Origin: Thermoproteota archaeon
GTDB lineage: Archaea > Asgardarchaeota > Jordiarchaeia > Jordiarchaeales > Freyrarchaeaceae
Reading direction: 5' to 3'
DNA: 64,000 bases
Assembly (NCBI GenBank): GCA_029258835.1
Contig: JAPDJY010000053.1
Coordinates: 1-64,000 of the forward strand
Part shown: positions 1 to 7,663 of the stretch, in pieces
Position numbering within the stretch: the first letter of the stretch is position 1
Layout of the letters: each line of letters opens with the position of its first letter
Program-made: the position numbers and the translations under genes
Notes under the pieces: model-generated
Database searches by the model: none
What the model saw: the letters and a program-made list of their open reading frames with translations, nothing else
Told to the model about the DNA's origin: nothing

Positions 1-404
1 ACTGTTCCTGTGTCCGCCACTTCAACCCACTCGTCGGTGTCTTTGAAGCACCATTCACAGAAGAGCCTCGGAGGGACGAGCACTCTCCCACAGCCATGGC
101 AGCGGCGACCCAAGATCTTACCGTTCTTCAACCCTTCAAGGAACGTCCCTAAAGCGTAGCCAGCGGTTCTGGAATACTCAAACATCGCTCTCCACGTTAC
201 GAGATAGACGTGCTCCAAGTTCCACTCGGGAATATGAGTCATTAACCCTCTTTTCTCTATGCTTTCACGCAGGAAGTCCTTCTTCGTCGGAGCACTTTTT
301 AATTCAAATTTCTCGTAAAGCTTTTTCAGGTCTGGTGGAAGATGCTTGAAGAATTTATCGACGTCGTCGATCATAGCGTGAACCTCAACCTTCTTACCAG
401 CCAT
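1..404 (-). CDS. Zn-ribbon/OB-fold (DUF35) protein, runs off the window edge
   Basis: Manual translation from ATG at 404 (GGAGGG upstream): MAGKKVEVH...KILGRRCHGCGRVLVPPRLFCEWCFKDTDEWVEVADTG. The CxxC...PPRxxCxxC pattern is typical of DUF35, and it follows two thiolase-domain genes. Not in the ORF track. Confidence 0.9.
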   Translation of the reverse strand, partial: MAGKKVEVHAMIDDVDKFFKHLPPDLKKLYEKFELKSAPTKKDFLRESIEKRGLMTHIPEWNLEHVYLVTWRAMFEYSRTAGYALGTFLEGLKNGKILGRRCHGCGRVLVPPRLFCEWCFKDTDEWVEVADTGT

Positions 405-416
405 TTTTAAACCCTC

Positions 417-1613
417 CTAACTTCTCATCACGACCACCGTGGCCACCTGCATCAGGTCCCCCCACGCCTGAGCAACGCCAACCTTAGCGTTGTCAACCTG
501 CCTCTTCCCAGCCTGATTGCTTAACTGCCAGTAAAGTTCGGCAACCTTCATAGTCCCCGCTGCAGCGATCGGGTTACCAACCCCCTGAAGGCCGCCTGAT
601 GGGCAGGAGGGATGCTTTCCGTCCCTCTCAAGCTCCCCCTCCTCTAAGAGCTTGGGAGCTAACCCCTGCTTTCCTAGCAGTCCGTCCAGGTGATGTAGCT
701 CCTTGTAGTCGAATGGGTCGTACGGTTCAAGGACGTCTAAGTCCTTTAACGGGTTTGAGATCCCTGCCATCTTGTAGGCTTGCTGTGCTGCAAGGTAAAC
801 GTAGTATGGGAAGGCTAAGTCCCTGTTCATCCAGTACTGACTGTCTATGCACATTCCAACCCCATCTATCCAAACCGGGGTGTCCGTGAACTTCTTCGCC
901 ACATCTTCTGATGCAAGTATGAGGGTGACGGCGCCGTCCGTTGAGGGGCTTATGTCCAGCCTCTGCACGGGCCAGGCTAGTACGGGGGAGTTAAGGACGT
1001 CTTCAACCGTTATTTTCATTCCTAGCTGGGAGTGGGGGTGGTCGAGCGCGTTACGTTTATTTTTAACGGCTGAGAGGGCGATGGTTTCCTTTTTAAGGTT
1101 GTGAGTATGCATGTACCGGTTCATTTCAAGGGCGAAGATCCAGACGAGGTTTGGGCCGAGAGGCCACTCTAGTATGGGCTCGAAGATCGTTTGGAAGAGC
1201 TTTTGAGCGTGAGGCACCGGAGGGGACATCTTCTCCCACGCTGAAACCTGAACCATGTCGTACAATCCAGATGCGACGTAGTACCATCCCGTTACCACGC
1301 ATCCGACACCCGTTCCTCCTCCTACAAACTCTCTTATGTAGGGTTTACCGCATGCCCCCATGGCGTCGACGGGGTTCCACCCCTTCATGTGGATTCCGTC
1401 GAACGCGTCGGGAGCGGACGCGCCGACTACAGCGTCCACGTCTGCAGGTGTTAACCCACATGAGTCGAACGCGCGCCTAGTTGCCTCGTAAACAAGTTCA
1501 CGTGTTGTATGGGGGTTTATGGATCTGAAATCGGTCATCCCAGCCCCTATCACAGCCACCCTCTTTTTCCTAGGCAAGACGCGGGGAAGTTTTGGCGTGT
1601 ACGTTCGAGCCAT
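417..1613 (-). CDS. Thiolase-superfamily protein (SCP-x/Ltp3-like, non-canonical active site)
   Basis: VAVIGAGMT, VKNKRNALDHP, SPSTDGA, CPSGGLQGVGNPIAAAG. VGGGTG stands where thiolases have CxSG. Confidence 0.88.
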   Translation of the reverse strand: MARTYTPKLPRVLPRKKRVAVIGAGMTDFRSINPHTTRELVYEATRRAFDSCGLTPADVDAVVGASAPDAFDGIHMKGWNPVDAMGACGKPYIREFVGGGTGVGCVVTGWYYVASGLYDMVQVSAWEKMSPPVPHAQKLFQTIFEPILEWPLGPNLVWIFALEMNRYMHTHNLKKETIALSAVKNKRNALDHPHSQLGMKITVEDVLNSPVLAWPVQRLDISPSTDGAVTLILASEDVAKKFTDTPVWIDGVGMCIDSQYWMNRDLAFPYYVYLAAQQAYKMAGISNPLKDLDVLEPYDPFDYKELHHLDGLLGKQGLAPKLLEEGELERDGKHPSCPSGGLQGVGNPIAAAGTMKVAELYWQLSNQAGKRQVDNAKVGVAQAWGDLMQVATVVVMRS

Positions 1614-1619
1614 CTTATT

Positions 1620-2774
1620 TCACCTCGCGAGCACAACCACTCCTCCACACTTCACTATTTCAGAGTCGCTTCCAACCGCGACCCCCACTTCAGCATTGTC
1701 AACTTGCCTTCTACCTGCCTGCTGCCTCAGCTGCTGGACAACCTCGACAATCCTCTGCAGCCCTGCCGCCTGCGGGGCGTACCCCATGCCTAGACATCCT
1801 CCAGAAGCGTTTACTGGAAGTCTCCCGCCTATGTAGAATTCCTCCACCATTGATGGCGCCTCCCCTTTTTTGCATATGCCCATCGCCTCTAGGTACTGTG
1901 GTTCTTGATAGGAGAAAGCCTCTGTTACCTCTACAATGTTCACTTGCTTTTTGGGATCCCTTATGCCAGCCATAGTGAACGCTTCCTTGCTGGCATTTTT
2001 AACCCAGATGGCTTCACCCCAAGACCAGCTTTCAGGGTAGCTTGAGTCCGTCGCATGCCCCACTCCAATTACCCATACTGGGGTGTCTGTTACAGCCCTC
2101 GCCACGTCTTCGGACGCCAAGATAACTACTGCCGAGTAGTCAGCTAGGGGGGCTATGTCTAACTCGTTAATGGGCCAGAACGCTGGACGGGAACATATCA
2201 CGTCGTCCACTGTCAGTCTGGCTCCGAAGCCTGCTGATGGGTTGAGGAGCGCGTTACCCTTGTTTTTAACGACCACCTCGGCTATCTGCTCCCTTGTCGC
2301 TCCGGCGTCGCATATGTAACGTGTCATGTCCATCCCTGCCAAGTAGTAAGGATGTCCTCCGAGAGGCCTGTTGTAGATGGGGTCTAGGGCGAAGAGGAGG
2401 ACTTCAGGGTAGTTCTTAACGTCCGTGGCTACCTTAGAGTGAGATTCAACTACAACCACGTCTGCAATGCCGCTCAGAATGAGCATGTAGGCGTTTATGA
2501 AGGCTATGGTGCCGTCGTTGCACACCAAGTTGTCAAACTTTAACCGGCACCCCACCTGGTCAGGAGTGTACTCGTCGGCAATGCTGATACCAGCGTAGAA
2601 GTCGTACTCGTTGGTTAATAGGGCGTCTACGTCGTCCGGTGCCACCCCTGCGTCCTCGTAGGCCTTCTTCGCAGAGGTGTAAATGAGTTCTCTGAAGTCT
2701 CTGTCGGGAGTCAGCGGTTTGCTTTCCACCTGTCCTATCCCGATTACGGCTACAGCCTTGGTCAAGTCCACCAC
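1620..2774 (-). CDS. Thiolase-superfamily protein (Ltp4-like partner)
   Basis: VAVIGIGQ, VKNKGNALLNP, LPVNASGGCLGMGYAPQAAG; tandem paralog of 417..1613. Confidence 0.88.
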   Translation of the reverse strand: MVDLTKAVAVIGIGQVESKPLTPDRDFRELIYTSAKKAYEDAGVAPDDVDALLTNEYDFYAGISIADEYTPDQVGCRLKFDNLVCNDGTIAFINAYMLILSGIADVVVVESHSKVATDVKNYPEVLLFALDPIYNRPLGGHPYYLAGMDMTRYICDAGATREQIAEVVVKNKGNALLNPSAGFGARLTVDDVICSRPAFWPINELDIAPLADYSAVVILASEDVARAVTDTPVWVIGVGHATDSSYPESWSWGEAIWVKNASKEAFTMAGIRDPKKQVNIVEVTEAFSYQEPQYLEAMGICKKGEAPSMVEEFYIGGRLPVNASGGCLGMGYAPQAAGLQRIVEVVQQLRQQAGRRQVDNAEVGVAVGSDSEIVKCGGVVVLAR

Positions 2775-2999
2775 CCAGAAAAATTAGAGTGAAAAACAAT
2801 ATTTTAATTCACAAATAAGAATGTTATGGAACGGGGAACGGGGAGTCCCAGAGGGGTGGAGTCTACCCTTTTAATGAGGGCTGCCATCCATCATCTTATT
2901 TATGCTAAGTTGGAAGGTGGGTGTGGGGTTCAGCGGATATAGTCTTTTATAGACGTGTGTCCGCTTTGGGACGCATTACCCTTGAAGGTTTGGTTTTAT

Positions 3000-3097
3000 C
3001 CTTCAGGGGCTCGTCCCCTTTCGGGTGACCCCGGGAGCCCCACATCCGAAGGTGCTTGCCCCGATGGGCAGCCAGGCTGCCTGAGCAGACGGGGCTT
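3000..3097 (-). ncRNA. Structured repeated element, copy 1 (tnpB 3'-end/omegaRNA-like or unknown ncRNA)
   Basis: GC-rich stems; shares the core ACCTTCGGATGnnGGGCTCCnGGGGTyACCC(n)GAAA with 52370..52482. TATA-like TTTATAT on the minus strand at 3123-3129. Confidence 0.5.
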
Positions 3098-3287
3098 CAG
3101 TTAAATATGTCTGGGAAGAGGGATATAAACGTGTTGCGGCCGCAGAACGTCCATTAATGCCTATGAAAAATGTTACTGCTTCGCAAGGCGTCATGGCTTT
3201 CAGCGTGTGCTCATAGAAAGTCATTAATCGAGAAGGGTGGAAACTTAATATTCAAGGTTTCTGGTTAAAGTGCTTGCAGTTCTCTAA

Positions 3288-4145
3288 GTGGACGTAGGAG
3301 GGTGCGGCTTGCTTCTGATATCAACGGCTAAGCATCGTCTTAGTGAGCTACTCGAGTTAAGAGGGTGCGTAGATGGGTACGAGCTTGGAATAGGGTACAT
3401 CAAGGATAACAGGAGGATATGTAGTGTCCTTGGTGAATGGGTAGTTACAATCCACAACCTTCCAGCATTAACTCGTGGGGAGGAGTACTTCATGATGGAG
3501 CCGGCTGTTAACCCTGAAGCAGCCATTAAAGTAGCTATTAAAATGGTTGAAAGGGTGAGGGAGTTTCTGGATGACTGGAAGGTTTACGGTGTTCACGCTG
3601 GGCTAAGGGGGCATATTAAAGGGCCAAGCGATTTCACGGTTAGGGGAGAACTCTTCACGCTGGATGAGTGCATACGTAATATCAAAAGGTTCTATGAGGA
3701 GTTAAAGGGCAGGGGGGTGAGTAACATCGCCATCGAAAACATTTATGGGGCAAATGAGGCGTCTCCGGCTGTCGGGGCGGACGAACACGAGCTACGGTTG
3801 ATTTCAAAGGTCGCCCCACTCCTTCTGGACGTAGGACACCTTGCAGTTAACTGCGCCTACAGGAACGTTCCCTTGGAAAGCCTAAATCTTAAGGGGCTAC
3901 GCATCGCCGAAGTCCACGTAAGCTTCCTACACCCGAAAATAGAAAAGTTCAATAAGGAAATGCTTGCGAGCACGCCGATGTTCTGGGACCACTACCCTTA
4001 CGTGCAAACCGAAGTCAACAAGCAGATCTTAAACGTAACCTCCGAAATCGTATCGGAGACGAGGATAGCTACGGCGGAAATAAGCGGAAGCCTAAAGGAA
4101 ATAAGGGAAACACTAGATAAAATTTCATTCATCAGGGAGCAATAA
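3288..4145 (+). CDS. Hypothetical xylose-isomerase-like TIM-barrel protein
   Basis: Motifs IAIENI, LLDVGH, EVHVS and WDH resemble the metal ligands of the AP-endonuclease-2/sugar-phosphate isomerase fold. Confidence 0.6.
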   Translation: MDVGGCGLLLISTAKHRLSELLELRGCVDGYELGIGYIKDNRRICSVLGEWVVTIHNLPALTRGEEYFMMEPAVNPEAAIKVAIKMVERVREFLDDWKVYGVHAGLRGHIKGPSDFTVRGELFTLDECIRNIKRFYEELKGRGVSNIAIENIYGANEASPAVGADEHELRLISKVAPLLLDVGHLAVNCAYRNVPLESLNLKGLRIAEVHVSFLHPKIEKFNKEMLASTPMFWDHYPYVQTEVNKQILNVTSEIVSETRIATAEISGSLKEIRETLDKISFIREQ

Positions 4146-4206
4146 AGGGATGCGAAGTGATGAGTGAAGCTAAAAGTTTTTGAAAGAGAAAAACAAGGTT
4201 TTTATT

Positions 4207-4279
4207 GGCCCGCCACAGAGTGCACGGGAAGCTAGTGGCCAAGCGATGACCCCGGTGTCCTCCCTGGCGGGCCACACTA
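4207..4279 (+). ncRNA. Box H/ACA pseudouridylation guide RNA
   Basis: 9-bp basal stem GGCCCGCCA/TGGCGGGCC, internal pocket, upper stem with k-turn-like GATGA, and ACA directly after the stem (4274-4276). Pocket strands CAGAGU and CUCCC are complementary to GGGAG-U-A-ACUCUG (23S helix 69). Confidence 0.8.
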
Positions 4280-4396
4280 CCAAGATAAGTCTAGTTTTAC
4301 CCTCAAGAAACACGGCGTTCAAATGATATAATAGTAAACAAAATAAGGGAAAACGGCTCTAAAGGATTGTTACAGAGAATTTGGGGGAGAGCGTGT

Positions 4397-4741
4397 ATGA
4401 GAGCAGGAATGGTACTTGCAGGCCTCCTTATGGTTCTAGCGGCCGCGACGTTATTCTTCATCAGCTACAGTCAGCAACACTTAATCTATGATGTCACAAC
4501 AATGATCGATTTAGGAATTCTTCCCTCGACAATAAGTATCCCAACTTTTTACGGGACAACGACGACGATGGACACCGTGATATGGGCTATTAAGGCACAA
4601 TACGGCGGGTTCTTCCTGAACAATATGACGCCGACTGGGAATACAGTCTATGTCTACTACTCTGACGTCATTCTCGCAACTTGCATCATAGTGGGACTCT
4701 TCGGGATATATGCGATGGCCAGGGGGGCCGCCCAGCCCTAA
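4397..4741 (+). CDS. Hypothetical membrane protein
   Basis: Hydrophobic N- and C-terminal helices; ATG 4397 follows GGGGGAG (ORF track start 4367). Confidence 0.65.
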   Translation: MRAGMVLAGLLMVLAAATLFFISYSQQHLIYDVTTMIDLGILPSTISIPTFYGTTTTMDTVIWAIKAQYGGFFLNNMTPTGNTVYVYYSDVILATCIIVGLFGIYAMARGAAQP

Positions 4742-4897
4742 AGCCTCCATTCTCTTTTTATTTATTTGCGTCTTCAAATCAATTAATTAAAGGGATGTTG
4801 CCTGGTGATTTTGGCGGGTTCTTGACGGGATGCTTGAAAGTTAGGGTGGATTCGTAAGCTTTTAAAGGGATATTTGTAGGGATGTGTTTGTGGCGAG

Positions 4898-5086
4898 GTG
4901 AATTCCTTGATGGTTAATGAGGAGCTCTGCGGTCTTTGCTCCGGGTGTGCAAGCGTATGTCCCAGAGGAGCAATAACCGTCAGTGAAAGGCGATTAATAG
5001 TTGATGAGGGGCTATGTAATGATTGTGGTCTATGCGTTAAGGCTTGCCCCGTCGGGGCGATAACCATGGAAAGGCGAAGTGAGTGA
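4898..5086 (+). CDS. 2x[4Fe-4S] ferredoxin
   Basis: Two CxxCxxCxxxCP motifs; directly upstream of geranylgeranyl reductase. Confidence 0.9.
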   Translation: MNSLMVNEELCGLCSGCASVCPRGAITVSERRLIVDEGLCNDCGLCVKACPVGAITMERRSE

Positions 5087-5107
5087 AAGGTTGGGAGGTT
5101 CGTAGCG

Positions 5108-6322
5108 GTGAAATATGATTTGGTTGTTGTTGGGGCCGGGCCCGGGGGTACGTCAACAGCGATTTCTGCCCTAAAGGCTGGAGGTAAAGTTTTAATTATG
5201 GATAGGAAGACGAACGTTGGAATTCCAGTTCAGTGCGGTGAGGCTGTAGGGAAAACCGGGCCTGGACTGGCGGAGATAGATATTCCCGAGAGATGCATCT
5301 TAAATCCAATTAGAGGATTTAAGATTTTTAGTCCGAACATGACCCCTGTGGTCTACGCTAGGAGGGAGGCTGACGGCTACATAATAGATAGACGCGTTTT
5401 CGATAAGGAGCTTCTTGCCCGTGCCTGCGAGCTCGGAGCTGACGTGATGGTTGGAGCGAACGTTACAGAGTTAATTTATAGGAATGGGAGAGTTTCAGGC
5501 GTCATTGCACGTCGATTTGGGGAGAAGGTGGAGGTTGAAGCCGAGGTTGTTGTGGGTGCTGACGGGGTTAACAGTACGGTTGCCCGGCTTTCGGGTCTGA
5601 GAAAGTTCCTTAAGATTAGGGACTTGGATGCCAGCGCCCAGTTCGAAATGGTTGGCGTTAAAATCGAAGAAGTGGACTTGATGGAGTTTTACCTCGGTAA
5701 CAGGATTGCTCCAAGAGGATACGTTTGGGTTTTCCCGAAGAGTGAGAACAGGGCTAACGTCGGCATAGGGATCGGCGCGGGGATGGGTGAAAAAACGGCT
5801 TTCGAATACCTTATGGACTTCGTGAAGAAGCATCCTAGAGGAAAGGAAATATGCAAGGATGCTAAGCCCATCGAGTTCAGGGTTGGAGCGATTCCTCTAG
5901 GAGGACCTAACCCTAAGAACGTAGCTGATGGATTAATGCTTGTAGGGGATGCTGCAGGCCAAGTTCACCCGATAACTGGTGGAGGAATAGGGTACGCCAT
6001 GGTTTGCGGCAGCATCGCTGGGAGGGTTGCCGTGGAGTGCATCGAGAAAGGGGACACCGGCGAGAAGGCGTTATCCAAGTATGAGGCGTTATGGAGGGAA
6101 AGGTATGGAAGGGAGTTTAGCCAGATGCTGGCACTCAGGGAAGTTCTAGAGAGGACCGAGGATGAAGTCCTCGACGAGTTAGCTAAGATCCTCACGGGGG
6201 AAAACGTGGTGGAGCTTACCGCCGGGAAGAAGATAGGTATTTTCCTTAAAACAGCTGCTAAGAGAAACGTTAAACTCCTAAAACTTCTAAACGAGCTTAG
6301 GAGGCTTCAGCTAATCCAGTAG
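5108..6322 (+). CDS. Geranylgeranyl reductase family (digeranylgeranylglycerophospholipid reductase)
   Basis: GAGPGG, PVQCGE, DRRVFDKEL, GADGVNS, APRGYVWVFPK, VGDAAGQVHPITGGGI. Confidence 0.92.
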   Translation: MKYDLVVVGAGPGGTSTAISALKAGGKVLIMDRKTNVGIPVQCGEAVGKTGPGLAEIDIPERCILNPIRGFKIFSPNMTPVVYARREADGYIIDRRVFDKELLARACELGADVMVGANVTELIYRNGRVSGVIARRFGEKVEVEAEVVVGADGVNSTVARLSGLRKFLKIRDLDASAQFEMVGVKIEEVDLMEFYLGNRIAPRGYVWVFPKSENRANVGIGIGAGMGEKTAFEYLMDFVKKHPRGKEICKDAKPIEFRVGAIPLGGPNPKNVADGLMLVGDAAGQVHPITGGGIGYAMVCGSIAGRVAVECIEKGDTGEKALSKYEALWRERYGREFSQMLALREVLERTEDEVLDELAKILTGENVVELTAGKKIGIFLKTAAKRNVKLLKLLNELRRLQLIQ

Positions 6323-6334
6323 GGGGATGGTGAC

Positions 6335-6661
6335 GTGGCGGTCAGCTTCAAAGAGTTTGAGAAAATGGACATCAGAGTTGGGAGAGTTGTGGATGCTGAA
6401 AAGGTTTCGGGGTCTAAGAGGCTTGCGAGGATCATGGTGGACATCGGAGAAAAGGAGCCTAGGCAGGTTATAGCTGGGATAGCGGATTACATCGACCCTA
6501 AGAGCCTTCCAGGCAAAAACGTAATCGTGCTAGCGAACCTTGAACCAAAAAAGTTTATGGGTTTGGAGTCAAGAGGGATGCTATTGGCAGCAGACGTTAA
6601 TGGCAAACCGGTACTGTTAACCGTCGAGGAGGACGTACCCCCAGGGACGAAGGTCAGATAA
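6335..6661 (+). CDS. tRNA-binding OB-fold protein (MetRS C-terminal/Trbp111/CsaA-like)
   Basis: FEKMDIRVGRV, RQVIAGI, NLEPKKFMGLESRGMLLAA. Confidence 0.9.
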   Translation: MAVSFKEFEKMDIRVGRVVDAEKVSGSKRLARIMVDIGEKEPRQVIAGIADYIDPKSLPGKNVIVLANLEPKKFMGLESRGMLLAADVNGKPVLLTVEEDVPPGTKVR

Positions 6662-6663
6662 CG

Positions 6664-7380
6664 ATGGAACGTTTGCATACTCTTAAAAATTTTTTTTATA
6701 CATTATTCGGCGAGTTCGCCCCGTTAACAATATGCTTCCTCGTTTTTTTAACCGTAAACCATGTTTTCAGCTTTAAAATAGGATTTCTGATTCAGCCAGC
6801 TTATGGCTACACGTTTTCAGGGCGCCTTATGAGCGTTATTCAGGCATCCTTCTCGATGCTATTTGGGGAAAGGGGGACCCCCTCACCGGTCTTCTTGCAG
6901 TACGGCTTCCTTCTCTCCCTGCTGGCCATGGCTAATTCCTTAATTGACAGGATAACTCTCTTCATCATATGGTTTTCCTTCGGCTTTGCCTCCATGGCAG
7001 CTTCAGGCAAGCCATCATCCACATTTTATTCGACAAGCCTTTTCCTCTTTTCAATGCTTACAATTTTCCTTTGGGGAATTAGCAAGAAGTACTGGTATGT
7101 TTGGATGTACCTTGACATTTTTTACTTAAACCCGGTTTTAGCCTTTTTCTCCGAGTACATTGCTATATTGTTAACGTTGGGGCTAAGCTGTCTAGCAGCA
7201 AAAAAGGTGATGCCTAGAAAGAAAGGGGAGGAAAGCAAGCCTGTACAAATAGAGCTAGTATGCCCTAGGTGTGGGGCATCATTTAAATCGCAGCCGGAGT
7301 ACTGTTCTATTTGCGGATATCACATTAGAAAGAGGAAAAGTATGGAGGAAGAGGATGGGGGGTTCCCCCATCGTATTTAG
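6664..7380 (+). CDS. Membrane protein with C-terminal zinc ribbon
   Basis: Several hydrophobic segments, then CPRCG...YCSICG. Confidence 0.7.
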   Translation: MERLHTLKNFFYTLFGEFAPLTICFLVFLTVNHVFSFKIGFLIQPAYGYTFSGRLMSVIQASFSMLFGERGTPSPVFLQYGFLLSLLAMANSLIDRITLFIIWFSFGFASMAASGKPSSTFYSTSLFLFSMLTIFLWGISKKYWYVWMYLDIFYLNPVLAFFSEYIAILLTLGLSCLAAKKVMPRKKGEESKPVQIELVCPRCGASFKSQPEYCSICGYHIRKRKSMEEEDGGFPHRI

Positions 7381-7461
7381 AGATTTTCACGAATTAACTT
7401 TGTGTTATTTTAATATTACACGAATATAATTGATTGATCTTCAATAAATGGATTAAATTTT

Positions 7462-7476
7462 GGAAAAATTTATATA
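7462..7476 (+). promoter_or_regulatory. BRE-TATA promoter of the candidate sRNA at 7501
   Basis: GGAAAAA-TTTATATA about 25 nt before the hairpin; AAAATTTATATAT is identical to 14069-14081. Confidence 0.6.
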
Positions 7477-7500
7477 TGAGTTCCATGATTAGTGTAGGAT

Positions 7501-7584
7501 GGCTGAGCCGTTCCATTCTCTCCCCTCCTCCCAACACGCCCTCCTCCCCCCTCCTTGTTAATTCCTCAAAACGGCGATGAAGCC
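7501..7584 (+). ncRNA. Candidate sRNA: k-turn-closed hairpin with two CCUCCUCCC motifs
   Basis: GGCT-GA-GCCGTT...AACGGC-GAT-GA-AGCC is a canonical k-turn; CCTCCTCCC at 7524-7532 and 7540-7548. Confidence 0.65.
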
Positions 7585-7663
7585 GCACGGGTTTTCCAGA
7601 AAAAATAAAATATATGAAGGGGAGGGAATTTAAAGGTTTTAAGATGCTCACCGGGTGAGATAA

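Noticed and set aside
4158-4200. Box C/D sRNA starting at GTGATGA
   Set aside because: No CUGA D box at a suitable distance.
7394-7651. 85-aa minus-strand ORF
   Set aside because: It runs through an AT-rich promoter and the antisense of the k-turn RNA, with no protein-like features.
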